64,000 bases of DNA from Spizellomyces punctatus DAOM BR117 (taxonomy: Eukaryota). Position 1 is the first letter of the stretch; every line of letters begins with the position of its first letter. The DNA is taken from the NCBI GenBank assembly GCA_000182565.2, contig KQ257451.1; one strand, 5' to 3'. Shown here piece after piece: positions 12,659-25,707 of the stretch. The position numbers and the translations under genes were made by a program. The notes under the pieces are model-generated. The model ran no database searches and was not told where the DNA came from. It saw nothing but the letters and a program-made list of their open reading frames with translations.

Positions 12659-14827
12659 TTAATGAGTACCATTGGCCGCCTTCTCGTAGGCTGCATTGTG
12701 AGCCTTCTGGGCACGACCAGAGGGATCCTCGGGACAACCTGTAAAAGCAAGTTAGAGGTGGAATGACGACATGGCGGGTTACAAGCAACATACCCCAGTC
12801 TTTTCTCGGAATCCATCTGACTACACTCTCCAAACACGCCTTTTGTGGGAACTTCTGCTCAAAGATTTCCCTATACCAATATGCTTCCTTTGTCGTGGGA
12901 GTGTCGTGGGGAAAGCGCTCTGTGGCTTTTGCAAAGTCCTCATCTGACACCTTGCTGTCAGCATTGTCTTTCAAAGAGTCAATCCAAGAGTATCCGACAC
13001 CATCTGAGAACTGTTCCTTTTGGCGCCAGAGAATGTCGTCGGGTAGATAAGGATCTTCGGGGTTATCAAACGCCTTACGAATCACATATTTCTCAATTTC
13101 ATGATTGTACGGTGCGCGACGGGAGAGTTTATGGTTGGCGGGAACTTGCAGCATGGCAACGTCGAGGAATGCTTTGTCAAGGAAGGGGACGCGGGCTTCA
13201 AGACCCCACGCCATGGTTGCCTTGTTGGCGCGAAGACAGTCAGATGTGTGAAGGTTCTGAATACGGGTGATGCATTCATGGTGAAGTGCTTGTGCTGACG
13301 GGGAGCTGTGGAAATATAGATATCCTAAAATGACAACAAAAAAGCTATGCGTGAGACCGCGAGTTCCATCGTTCAATTTTGATCATACTGGTTAGATACA
13401 TACCTCCAAAGATCTCATCTGAGCCCTCTCCACTGAGGACCATTTTCACGCCCATGGCTTTGATCTTTCGGGATAAAAGGTACATTGGAGTACTAGCACG
13501 GACCGTCGTCACGTCGTATGTTTCCAAGTGCTCAATCACTTCTTCGATTGCATCCAGACCTTCTTGGACAGTGAATGTGAAGCCATGATGTACAGTTCCA
13601 AGGAACGCAGCGACTCGCTGGGCAGCTTTAAGATCAGGCGATCCCGGGAGACCAATAGAGAAGGAGTGGAGACGAGGGAATGCAGATGATGAAGAAAATG
13701 CAGCTGCAAGCGGAATGGATGTGTCAGTTGCAGCACTAAGTTGACACATTTCAACCTGCTCACATTTGATGTCATCATCATCATCCTCTTCGTTGGAGCT
13801 CACTGATCCTGACTCCTCCATACGTCTTTGTCTCACCGCGATCGAAGCGATCAGACTCGAGTCTAGGCCGCCGCTCAACAGCACACCATAGGGCACTTCA
13901 CTCATGAGTCGCTTCTTGACAGATTTCTCCAGTGCCGTTCTAAGGGCCGTGTACATCTCTTTGTCCTGCTCAGGTGACAATGCTTTTTCCTCATCGTCAA
14001 GGCTAGGATATCCCGCAGCAATGTGTCCATACCACTCTGGCTTGTAGTATTGGATGGTTTCTCCGGTTTTGCTGTTGTAGTAGTGACCTGGTGGGAAGGC
14101 GATAATACGATCGCAATCTTCGTTCAGGCATTTCATCTCGGATGCAAACCACACAGAGTTGTCTTCATTGCGCCAGCCTTGATACAAAGTGGTAATGCCG
14201 ACATGGTCGCGAGCAGCGATGTACAGATCCTTCTTTTGATCGTAAAGTACGAAACTGTACATTCCGTCGAGGTGGTTCAAGAGCTCCACGCCCATCTCAT
14301 CGTACTACCGAAAAGAACAGAAAGAGGTAAGAACTCAGATTGGATCCACATCAGCGAATAAGGCTGGAGATCCATACCAAGTGCAAAATGATCTCACAAT
14401 CCGAGTTGGTCTGGAACTTGTGAGGCTTTTTCAATAGCTTACGTAGCGTAACATGGTTGTAAATCTCTCCGTTGACGGTCAAGATGATGGATCCGTCCTC
14501 GTTAGTGAGCGGTTGGGCTCCACTCTCTTTTCGCAAAGAGAATTTAGATATATGTTGAACTAGATAGCTTTCCCATATTAAACGAAACAGTATACCCACC
14601 GACACCAACGATAGCCAATCGCTCGTGGCAGATAATGTTGTTCCCACAGACTTTGACCCCACTCCAGTCAGGTCCACGATGGCGAACCCTATGACGATTG
14701 ACAGATCAGTCCTTTGCCGCAACTCTGTTGATGCCTCTTGCTCTTACTTTTTGCTTAGTTGCACCGCACGAGGGCGGAAAGAATCAGTATCCTGGCCACA
14801 GCCAAACACGGCAAATATCCCACACAT
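12659..14827 (-). CDS. ASN1: Asparagine synthetase (glutamine-hydrolysing)
   Basis: N-terminal Ntn motif MCGIFAV, plus [59 protein letters not shown] and [15 protein letters not shown]. Confidence 0.97.
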
Positions 14828-14946
14828 CTTGATGTCAAAAAAGAAAAATAAAAGTGATGGGGATGAGACCAAGAACCGCACCCTTTATCTCGCAGCGCGA
14901 CAAGCCAACTTTCGAAACCAGCGAGTGGCTTCACCATCTCGATCAG

Positions 14947-14954
14947 TGAGTCAT
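14947..14954 (-). promoter_or_regulatory. Gcn4/CpcA-type element ATGACTCA about 120 bp upstream of asparagine synthetase
   Basis: TGAGTCAT on the + strand. ASN genes are established targets of general amino-acid control in yeasts. Confidence 0.5.
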
Positions 14955-15238
14955 TTAGCCTTTAATGATTGGCTTGTTTCATCGGCGCGACGCTTAGCAA
15001 TCTGCTTACTCCAGGCGGTGTTGAAGGGCTTGTTGCCAAAAGGTTTCGTTCTTCTTGGTAAACATGACATTGGGAGAAGGACGCTACCGGGTGATGTTTG
15101 GGCAATGTATCGGACCGTCTAATTGATTGAATGATTTGGGACAAGATATTATGCCGTGATATTACGATGTGGATTTGGGATCAATATTCTAATTGGAATG
15201 TGGGGTTGTAAGAACCGGCAAAACTATTGCTAAGGAAT

Positions 15239-16433
15239 TCAAAATTCGACAACTGAATTGATTGGAACTTTGAAGAATCTGCCATCCCCCTCCTTCTCTG
15301 GAAGATGACCGGCGGCGATGTTGACTTGGAGGGAGTAATGCAAAAGTCGGGGCGGCCCTAAGGTAGAATCGCGTCCCTCCCGCCATGCAATAAACTCCTC
15401 TTCTGTCACCTTGTCGGATATCTGCTTGTTGTTTTGCCGTTGAATGGCAACCGTGCTCTCCCACGAGGCCTATACATAGTGTTACTGTGACTACTGGAAA
15501 TTACAGCTGATATGATGCTTGTCAAACGTACCTCACGTCCAGGCGGAGCATAATCATGCCCCACATAGACTTTGATATTTTCGGCAAGGGCATAAATGTT
15601 GCGAATGCTTTTGTACATGTCCTTTGCGGACCCTCCAGGGAAATCACATCGAGCAGTTCCTACATCCGGCATGAACAACAAGTCACCACAAAACAGTATA
15701 TCGCCAATGAGGAACGACATGGAGTCTGGTGTATGCCCAGGCGTAGCAATGGCACGCACGGTGGCGGTGCCAAGATTGAAGGTGTCATTGTCACGCAGGA
15801 GGCAGTCGAATTGCGATCCGTCAGTTGGAAAAGACGGCGGCAGGGCATATTTTTTGGCAAAGGTGCGTTGCACCTGCGTGATCCCTTCTCCAATGCACAC
15901 TGGAACCGAACCTCCCAGTCGCAATTTGAGGTATTGCGCTGACGTCAAATGGTCCTAGAAATCAAGGCAGTCAGATCAACTGCTATAACATGGGTCCATG
16001 CAATTCGGACGCGTACCGCGTGTGCGTGGGTTTCCAAGATGCGCACCACGTTGTACTGCTTCTCCTCAACGAATGCAAGTAGTTCGTCGGACAGCTTGGT
16101 ATCAATCTTTGTGCCTTCGACTGTGAAGCCTAACACAGGATCAATGATGACAGCCTCTCGGGATGCCACATCTGCGACAATATATGTGCACGTTGAGGAT
16201 ACGCCGTCAAAGAAGGTGTGAACAGTTGGGGATCCCATGGCAGCTTTAGTCGTTCTGTGCAAATGGCATGTACTTGACCTTCTTTGAAAAAGAGGTTGCG
16301 TCGGATACCCTCGAAGAAGTGCTACCTGCTTTATACGAGGACTGTGTACCAACAGACGAAATCCAAGGAGTATAGATTGTCCGCACGCCGCAACTCCAAT
16401 CTGGTGGCTGACCATGTGCGACTGCTTAAGCAT
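15239..16433 (-). CDS. Persulfide dioxygenase (ETHE1/Blh-like metallo-beta-lactamase fold), 3 exons, with a possible mitochondrial presequence
   Basis: Motifs ILETHAHA|DHLTSAQYLK, TPGHTPD, GDLLFMPDVGTARCDFPGGSA, VYVGHDYAP and RDSTLGPPRLLHYSLQVNIAAG. Confidence 0.9.
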
Positions 16434-16663
16434 GGCAACCTACGCTGAATTTCGGAATCACCCCCAGTTTACGGATCCGAGGAACACTCCGAGGCTTCAT
16501 TCCCCGCAAAAGACCCAGACTGACTAATCACACGTGAGTACCCCACAATTATGGATACAACTACCCCACACTCTGATTACCCGCGGAACTTGAAATTTCA
16601 AATCTCGTTGCCATCATAAATAGGTAGAAGTAAGCTTTTGTTTTACGACACTGCATTTAAATC

Positions 16664-17896
16664 ATGTCAAAGACGGCTTCTCATTCTATGACGGGCGCTC
16701 GCAATGTCGCCTTGGGTGCGGTATTCGGTCTCGCTCTCGAGAAGAGCAAAGTCTATCTCCCAGATATTATCATCAACCAGATGCTGCTGCGGCAGTGGAC
16801 AATGGGGCAAATGTTTTTTACTGCTGCGGCTGGGGGAACGTAAGTTGCTACTTGTATACTTTCTTTGCGCGTTCTCATGTCCATCTCGACTACAGGATCA
16901 TTGTGACAATTTTGGAGGCGACGGGCGTGCGCAAGCGATCTTGCAAACCACCTGTTTCGGCAGGACTTTCTGTGCTAGGAGAGTACGGTGCAAACATTGT
17001 AGGCGGCAGTTTATTGGGTGCGGGAATGGCTCTTAGTGGAGCGTGTCCTGGAACCGTCCTTGTTCAGCTGGGAGCAGGACTTGGATCTTCTGTTTACGTT
17101 CTTGTTGGCGCTCTCGGTTCGTCGATTACTTATGGATATATCGCTAGGTGAGCGTGATGGAGTATTTCTATGTCAGTGGTGGCGCGCACTCATATACACT
17201 GATATCGTTAGATGGATCCAAACCTCATTTCCAACCTTTGGAAAGAAAAGCCCGGTGAAAACTGTCGACGGTGCATTGAAGCACAATGCTCTATTCACCT
17301 CCACCATCACCGCAAGTGCCCTCATAGCCGCAGTATATGTCCTTCACAGCATGACATCATGGTCCCACAATGTTATATCAGCATACCAGAACCGCATCTC
17401 GCAGGCGTCCTTCAGCAGCACTTCATCAAGTCTCACGTCGCTAGCGTGGAGTCCCATTGCTGGGGGTGCTTTGGTTGCGTTGCTCCAATTTCCTTCGGTA
17501 ACCCTCTGTGGATCTCCAATTGGTGCATCTGGCAGTTACATGGAACTTGCATCCCGCGTGGTTGCCAAGATTGACAAGAATTGGCGAAAGAATGCCCCAG
17601 TGTACGCAGATTTCATCACATCCAATACTGGACTTCTCTTTGCCTCTGGTGTCATAGTCGGCTCATTTTTGTCGGCGTATACAGGCGGCGCTTGGCCTTT
17701 AAATCGCAGCTTAGAAGGATCATCGCCTATTAAAAGTGTCATTGGTGGGGCTATGCTTCTGTTCGGGGCGAGGATGGCTGGTGGGTGTACGTCCGGACAC
17801 GGAATTAGTGGAATTGCTCAGTTGAGTCTGGCGTCGATCGTTACGGTTGCAGCTATGTTTGCTGGCGGAATTGCAAGCGCCTTCTTGCTTTACTGA
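16664..17896 (+). CDS. YeeE/YedE-family (TsuA/PmpAB-like) sulfur-compound transporter with two fused halves, 3 exons
   Basis: Gly-rich transmembrane helices carrying GAVFGLALEKS, GGSLLGAGMALSGACPGT and GGAMLLFGARMAGGCTSGHGISG. Confidence 0.9.
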
Positions 17897-18134
17897 GTAT
17901 GCATTATCGTGAAGATTTGTCTAGACAGTTAGCGTAGACTATGTATTTGCATCATATCACTCAATATTTAAAAGTAATACACATGCGGTATTACGTTCCT
18001 CAAGATCTTTATTAGAGCCCATGGCCCACCTTTACAACCTTTATAAGCCTTCTCCTTCTGTATCAGATGCCGTATTAGAAAATTAAATATGCTACGTATG
18101 ATGGGCACAACCTATGCAGATATCCTAGACTATT

Positions 18135-21100
18135 CTAGACAAGACCAAACCCTTTTGCATTCTCAATAGCCGTCACCAACCGATCTCTTAGTTTATCCTT
18201 ATCACTGTATTCGGGAAGAAGGAGTCTTCCAAAACAAGTGAGTGCAGTGGGAAGTCTAAGACAAAAAGGTGTGAGAAACGCTGTGGTTGCAGTCAGTTGC
18301 GCTCGCGCCTGCCACAAACCTGTCAGTATCAGGTCCGTTCCGCTGGATGACAAACGTCAATCCACCAAGACCCTTTAAAGGAACCCTATCACTCGCCGTC
18401 ACGAAATTTAATAGTTTCTTCTTTTGCTCCAGTTCCATATCAGAGTGTACAATCTCCCAGAACCATTGAATGACTTCATGATCGGGTCCGTATCCATCGT
18501 CGTACTGGGCACCTTGCTCCAGTTCCGTAAAATCGAGATCAGTCGTGGATGTGCCACAAATCATGAGCTCCAATTCCGACGCACGGCACATCTAGGGACA
18601 AGGGATTCAGTGGACCATCTTGGGTAAAATTATCAGAGTAGTCCATTTTCAACCTACCTTTAGTGCATTTCCACCGCACACTTTGTGAAAGCCTCTTCGG
18701 AAAGCAGAAAACTGACGCCGCACACTCTCCACCACGTAATGATGAATGTACAAATCCACGTATTCCTTCCGATTATCGTTGGTCACCAAAATATCTTCCC
18801 CTCCTTCTACAAGCGGAAAATGCTTGACCTGTCCATATATATCATAAGAGATTTCAAAGGTCCGCAAGAAGACATCTCCAACGTCGCCGTCAGACCACTC
18901 CAAAAGCTGCTGAAGGCCCCTTCCTAGAGTCTAATAGTGGCCAAAATTAAAGAGAGTCCAACGCGAAAATTACCTGTTCACTATGCCACATACCGGCCAC
19001 GCATCCTTGACGTCCTCCAGTGTTGGCGCCTCATCCAAAAGCTTCTTGTACAAGACTTTGGGGAAGTTGACATCCAAAATCACCCCATTATAAAGTGCCA
19101 GTCCAACAATCGTCCCCACAAGCTCAAACTCCTTCTCGGATTCCAAGGACGCCCCGTTTATCCAGCAGTAACGAGTTTCTTGGTCATATAGGAACATGCC
19201 GTATGCGGGGTCGAGGAGCATGCTCACAATAACTTGAAAGAACTCTTTCTGAACGCCGCCCTGGTCCATTCCTTCTTCCCCGCCCCCAATAAACCGCACC
19301 TTGAGTGGCTTTTTTAGGTCGGCCCCCTTCTTGCGTATCTACCGGTTTCCAATTTTAATAACAATGCAACAAAGGATGGCAGCCTAGAGACTGACCTGGT
19401 CTAAGGCATCTTGTACTAGATGCTGTCTCCTTATTTCCAATACAAGGAACGGATTTGTTGCCTGCTTTAAATTGTGCTCCAGTTGCACAACAGATGGCGA
19501 ATCTTGCAAAAATCTCTGCGCATGGACCACCAGCGCTTGATGGACAAAGGCGTCCTCGAATTCCAACGACATTTGAACCATTGCATCGATATGCATGATC
19601 CGGGTCTTTGCAGTAGGATCAAAAAGAAATGGATAATTGAAATACGAAAACTGCGTGACCTGCGACGGATTTTCAAGTGTCCGCTTCCATGTTTTATACT
19701 CGTCCTTGAAGTTAAGCTTACGGTTGAGGGATTCGCTGTAAAACGCAGAAACAGGGACAATGTGCCCATTCTTTGCATTCTCATTCGCAAGGTATAGCAT
19801 GCTGAGAGTTCGCACAGCTGCTACTAGTGCTTCATCCGGCTGTGGGGAAGGATGGAAATGATCTTCTAGATATCGATGAAACACTTTAAGGACCTTTTCG
19901 AATCCTTCTCGGTCATATCTTGAATACCAATTTATCAAAACGGATCGACTCTTTGCTCGCAAAGCTCCGAGGATGAGGCAAAGCTTCTTGAGCAAAGAAT
20001 CATGGTAAGATCTATCTGAAAGCAGAGGAATTTCGAGCAAAATCAAGATTTGCCTCAACCTCTGCGGTTCCCCAGCCTGCAGACGATGCAGGTTGAGTTG
20101 TAATCTCGCCAGCAGGATCTCGAGCGCGTTTACAAAGGGGATAAGAAATGTCTTGCGGGGTTGCACATCGAGAATTAGCTCGTAGGCCTCTCGCACAGCA
20201 GATATATCAAGACCCGAAGGATGCCTTGTCTCAGTTTCCGCCAGAAAACTTCGATTTAGAGCATCACTATCAGAAAAGACTGTTCGGAGCGTATTGACAA
20301 GAAATCGTGGATCTCCCAGGAGTCTATCATCTCCACCCGAGCCATTCTCATGCAATTTCGGCTCAACCGCGGTAGATCGATAGGTAGCGACGGCGGATTT
20401 AAGCAATGGCAGAGTCAGATACTGTAGACTTAGTTGCGGCTCCTCGTCCCCACTTGACGCATCTTGTTCATGGCCATGAGCGGTGACCGGAATCGCCGGA
20501 CTAAAGACAAGATCATGAGCCCTAGTGACATATCTGAGTGGGGAGCCAGTGCGTGGCTTTATTGGAGTTGATGTGTCGGTTTCTGGCAGAGACCCGCTAG
20601 AGTTTGAGCGAGATATCGATGCTACTGGGGTGCATTGGCCCGATGTGGACGAACAGTGTGGTTCTGAGAACCGGTCTAAACCATAAACCGTCATTATATA
20701 AGAGTGCGTAACCTTACTCCGCATCGATCACGCATACCTGAGATGGAACCCAAGCTTGGAAGGTCTGTTGAAGATCTACTACGTATGCTTGACTTATCCA
20801 ATGTTGCGTGGTCGGTGGTAAGTTTGCTCAACAGTCTCAGACCCAAAACGCTGCCATCGTCAAAGGTGAATAAGCCTCGTCGAAGGACATTCTGTTCCTT
20901 GATAGCATCGGTTGGTGAAGAATCAAAAGCTGGTTGCGATATGTTGTCATCGTGATGTACATCATCTAGTTCACTTGTAGAATGCGATCGTTTAAAGGTT
21001 GATGAGCCTAATTCCACGCCGGAGGGATTAAATAAAGATGCGAAGGGGGAAGATGCAAGTAATGACGATAAGAAAGGTCGCGATGGTAGGGTACTTGACG

Positions 21101-21862
21101 GAGAAGATTCCCCGTCGAGCTGATCCGAGGATGGTTCATCCTCATCCATACTGGATCGCGGATCGCCTGTTGTATGATCGGGATATGGTGATCCTTTCCG
21201 AGATGGTCGCGGACTGGACAAGGGAGAACTACGTGGTGTCGATGATGGCGATGAGAATGGAGGTCCACGGGGCGCTGGCGGATCTGTCGGGATACGGGGG
21301 CAAAAGAAAAGGCGCGGGCGTGAGGCGAGCTGCACTGCCATGATGGCGGAGGCATCGGGCGTTAACCGCGGTCCCAGTTTACAGGAAGCACACAGTTTAT
21401 GAGCGCATGATGTATCACCACACCCGACGCTGAGCTGGTAATAATAGCTATTGATAGATATACACGACCATGTTTAATATCTACGAACGGTTGGGCAGCT
21501 TTTTCCAAGTAAACGCACCGTCTAACCGATCTTTCAAATCTCGCCTTTGAGTTACTGGAAGGGCTGTGAGGGTCATCATATGAGCGCTTTGGAGTCGCAT
21601 CCTGAAGCGACTTTGATAGCTGTGGGTCATTCAGAGCTGCTTTGAACGACGCGGAGCGGGGCAAACCACCACTTGCGGGACTACCATCCGTTTTTTTCTG
21701 CTGGTATGCGCTGGTGGAAATCGAGTCACTGTCGTTGGCTGCAGCCGCCTCTAGTAGATAGGCCGCTGTGAGCGGGACTGAATAATGCGATTCAGAGGTT
21801 TCCAGCAATGTGTTCTCTGTTCGTCTTGGAGAACCATTGAGGTGCTTGGGGTGCAATGACAT
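18135..21862 (-). CDS. HECT E3 ubiquitin ligase of the UBE3A/HECTD2/Hul4 type with an N-terminal AZUL Zn-finger
   Basis: Motifs [53 protein letters not shown] and the catalytic RLPTALTCF...[15 protein letters not shown]-like [22 protein letters not shown] near the N-terminus. Confidence 0.92.
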
Positions 21863-22667
21863 TGGCGACCTGCAGTGTGCGAATTCGCCTGCACGTTTCC
21901 CTGGAACTAATCAGGACAGTCGGCAACTTTTTGTCTTTGTGTGTTGTCGTGTGCGTGAATGAGTGACGTTTGTATCTATCTAGCTATGCGTCATGATGGG
22001 AGTGTTTTGCTAATCTGCATGCTGGTTGCGAATGAAAGATTCGCTATCTGCACAGCCACCTGCAACTGTCACTATAAATAAAACTCGTTGTTTCATTGAA
22101 AAAGCCCAAAGAACTTTCAATCGCTGAGGGATATCGGAGGGATCAACAGTTGCATAGACTTGTTTCTTGCAAACGATAGTTTTAACAGTCACCATCATCT
22201 TGTATTCGATATTCCGCCGATATCACCCGCTCATGTTTACATTCCCGTTCATGACCTTTTTAAACAGAATGCATCTAACCTAAACGCAACTCGTTTTTTT
22301 TACAGTCCAATATCTTCATCGTCCATATTTTCTTTATAAAAAAAACCACACACACACAAGCTGTGAAAGAAAATAAAAAAATAAGTCGAAGCGGAATCCG
22401 CCGTATTTCCCAAATGGAGCGCGCTATGCCCGAAATGGTCAACGAAAAAAGTTCGTAATTTGGCATTTCAACTCCTTTTGCCGTTCCAACACTGGCGTTG
22501 ACTTTTTGGACGTTTGAATTTGGAAAGAAACATTTTCAACACTCTTGGCGTTTAAAGGGAGCAGCTTTTGAACCATCGTCCCTTTAGCGTACTGCAAACC
22601 CTCATCCCGCCCTAAATTCCTCATTGGCCAGTTCCTTCTACGAACTCACCTCTGGAACACTTGCATC

Positions 22668-23915
22668 ATGGTCGTTCAGTGGGCTCCTCTCAACCTCCCA
22701 ATGCCGAGGCGGCGTCAGACGGCGTCTGTTCTCATGTGGATATTGTCTATCCCCACCCTCATAGTCATCTTCTTTTACCTTTTGTTCACTCCACAATATA
22801 CCCCATGGGTTCTCGCCTACCTTGTCTTCTTGGCGTTGGACCCAACTCCCGAGACTGGCAGCAGGCGCATTATGCTGTTTCGAAAACTCCCATTCTGGAG
22901 GTGGATTAAAGACTACTTTCCCATAGGCTTGGTCAAGACGGTTGACTTGGACCCGAGCAAGAATTACTTGTTTGGCTATCACCCACACGGTACGCTTGCT
23001 GAAATAATAATTGTTGATAATTTTCATTATATTTACAGGAAGGTGCATTTTTAGGGATTATCGGTATTGGCGCATGGACGAACTTTGCTACTGAGGCTTC
23101 GGATTTCGCTGGGAAATTCCCTGGCATCAACCTTCGTCTGATGACACTTCAAACAAACTTCCACCTGCCCTTGTGGCGTGAAGTCTTACTGTGTATGCTT
23201 TTGCAACGTTTGTATGACCGCGCAGGATCAGTTCTGACTCATTTCATATTCAGGCCTCGGTATCTCTTCCGTAAGTCGACGCTCCTGCGATAACATTCTC
23301 AACAAGGGACCAGGTCATTCTTGCATGATTGTCGTTGGAGGCGCCACGGAATCGCTAGCAGCGTTCCCCTACACGGCGGATTTGACGATCAAGAAGCGTC
23401 TCGGATTCATCAAGGTTGCTCTTCGTAACGGTGCAAACCTTGTACCTGTGTTTTCTTTCGGAGAGAATGGTATTATCTCTTTTTAGCGCCTAGCCGGCTG
23501 TGCTGGTACTTACATCTTGTATGACCAGATATCTGGGATCAAGTTCCTAACCCGCCCGGCTCCATGGTTAGAACCATCCAGGTTTTGTTCCAGCGGTACA
23601 TGACCTTTGCTCCGCCGCTTTTCTTTGGCCGTGGTATCTTCCAGTATAATGTTGGCATCATGCCGTACCGTCGCCCGGTCATATCAGTTGGTAAGTAACA
23701 CGGCCTAATTTGGCTAAAGAGATACAATCAGTTGACACTAGGCCCTTGCCTTCACAGTTGGAAAACCCATAGAATGCCCCAAAATCGAAAATCCCAGCAC
23801 TGAAGTCATCCTTGAATACCAAAAGAAGTATCTTGATGGACTGCAAGCAATATGGGATGAGCATAAAGACAAGTACGCGCCCAAGCGCAAGCGGGAGCTG
23901 CGTTTTATCGAATAG
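22668..23915 (+). CDS. DGA1: Diacylglycerol O-acyltransferase type 2 (DGAT2), multi-exon
   Basis: Motifs WAPLNLPMPRRRQT, YFP, GYHPHG, IVVGGATES, RLGFIKVALRNGANLVPVFSFGEN and PYRRP. Confidence 0.95.
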
Positions 23916-24132
23916 GCCCATGCAATGGGTTTTATATAGTGATGACTAGGACCCTGGACCTCATAGACATTCTGTAGGTCCTCATTGACTGTGAGGGTTT
24001 GAACGGTGGTCTTTCTGTTGTTAGGAAGACCAGGGCGTTCAGTTTGTTACATATTTAATATTATCAGAGTACAAGATGCAGGCAATTCCGGTGTGTCTAT
24101 AATATATTATTTGATGACCAAACTCTAGCTAC

Positions 24133-25707
24133 CTATTTGGCACTGTAAGTATAGAAACCACGACCTGTCTTTTTGCCTAAGCATTCGAAATGATCGGATT
24201 AGCTATGCCGGTGTAGGCAAAAAAGTACCGCAGGGGAAGCAGATACCTAAAAATCCCGCATCGACGTATTTAACTAGCAATGGAGCTGGTCTGTACTTGT
24301 CGTCGCCAAGTTGCGAGTGAAGCACCTTCATAATGGACAAGCAGGTGTCGAGACCAATAAAGTCGGCCAGTGTCAAAGGACCCATCGGAACATTGGTGCC
24401 CAACTTCATGGTAGTATCAATGTCCTCTCGCGTGGCAATTCCCTAACGTTAATTGAATCGTCTGTCAGTAGCGGCAAACGAGAGCGCGTCGACGCTAAGC
24501 CAAAACGCACATCTTGCAAAACAAAAACTGCTTCGTTGATGTAGGGCATCAAAACTCTGTTGGCAATAAATCCTGGCATATCCGAGGACTGGGTTGTCGT
24601 TTTTCCCATGGCGTGCGCAAGCGCCAGAGTAGTTGTGAGGGTTGCCGGCGACGTGGCAAGGCCAGGAATGATTTCGACAAGTTTCATGACGGGGACTTGA
24701 AGGATGGGGCGTGAGACGCATCTGGGGCACATCGTGCCAGGAGGAACTTACCGGGATTCATAAAGTGCATGCCAATCACCTTTGTTTTGCATCGACAAAG
24801 AAACGCAAGAATAAGGATAAAGACAGGTCGACAAAGGAAGAAACTCATACGGGGCCATACCTTATCCGGCCGCTTGGTAGACGCTGCAATCTTGGTGATT
24901 GAAATTGACGATGTATTGGAAGCGAGAATAGCATGCTTTGGTGTGATTTTATCCAAGTTCGAAAATAATTCACGCTTGAGAGATGGGTTCTCTGTTACAG
25001 CCTGACAGAACAATCCAAGTTTACAACCGCTCAGAAACACATGAGGTGACGAGCTCGAACCTTCAGATAGAGCGTACCTCAATTGCAAAGTCGACATTCT
25101 TAAAGTCGTTCATGTCCGTCGTGACCGATATCCGCTTCTTGGCCTGCTCCTTTTCTTCTTCAGAGATCTTGCCCTTCAACACATCTTTCTGCAAGAGGAG
25201 ATCTGGCCGAGAACCTACATTAATTGCGGTGTACACTAGCAAAATGAAGCTCCACCATTGCCAGACAGCGGTAAGCCTGTTTTCGTTTTTGCATCTCGAG
25301 TTTCAGCAGACCCCAAAGAACTAGGACCGCCCAGAAACCCCAAATAATCATGGTAAACGTCTAGAATACATACCCATGAACTTCCACCCTCTGTCCAGCT
25401 GGGTCTTGTTCGCGTCCAACAACACGACAGGCAGCTTGGAAACATGTGCTGCAACCAATCCTATACCGACGCCCATTTGACCGGCCCCCACTACTCCGAT
25501 TCGGCCAATATTGCTGAGGTCGACGGAAGCATCGAGAACACGAGGTGTGGTGTGAAAGCGACCCTGTAAACAAGTAGATTAACAATTTGGTTGGGAAACG
25601 ACGCGACGCTACAGCACTGATGCACGCACAGTCGCCCCCCACGATCGAACGTTTAGGGACCCGGCAGAACGTGCGAAGCAGGACGAGAGACGAGCAGAGG
25701 TGAGCAT
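24133..25707 (-). CDS. 3-hydroxybutyryl-/3-hydroxyacyl-CoA dehydrogenase, probably mitochondrial, multi-exon
   Basis: Rossmann motif [14 protein letters not shown], plus [49 protein letters not shown] and GKKTGRGFY. Arg/Ser-rich N-terminus [14 protein letters not shown]. Confidence 0.93.
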
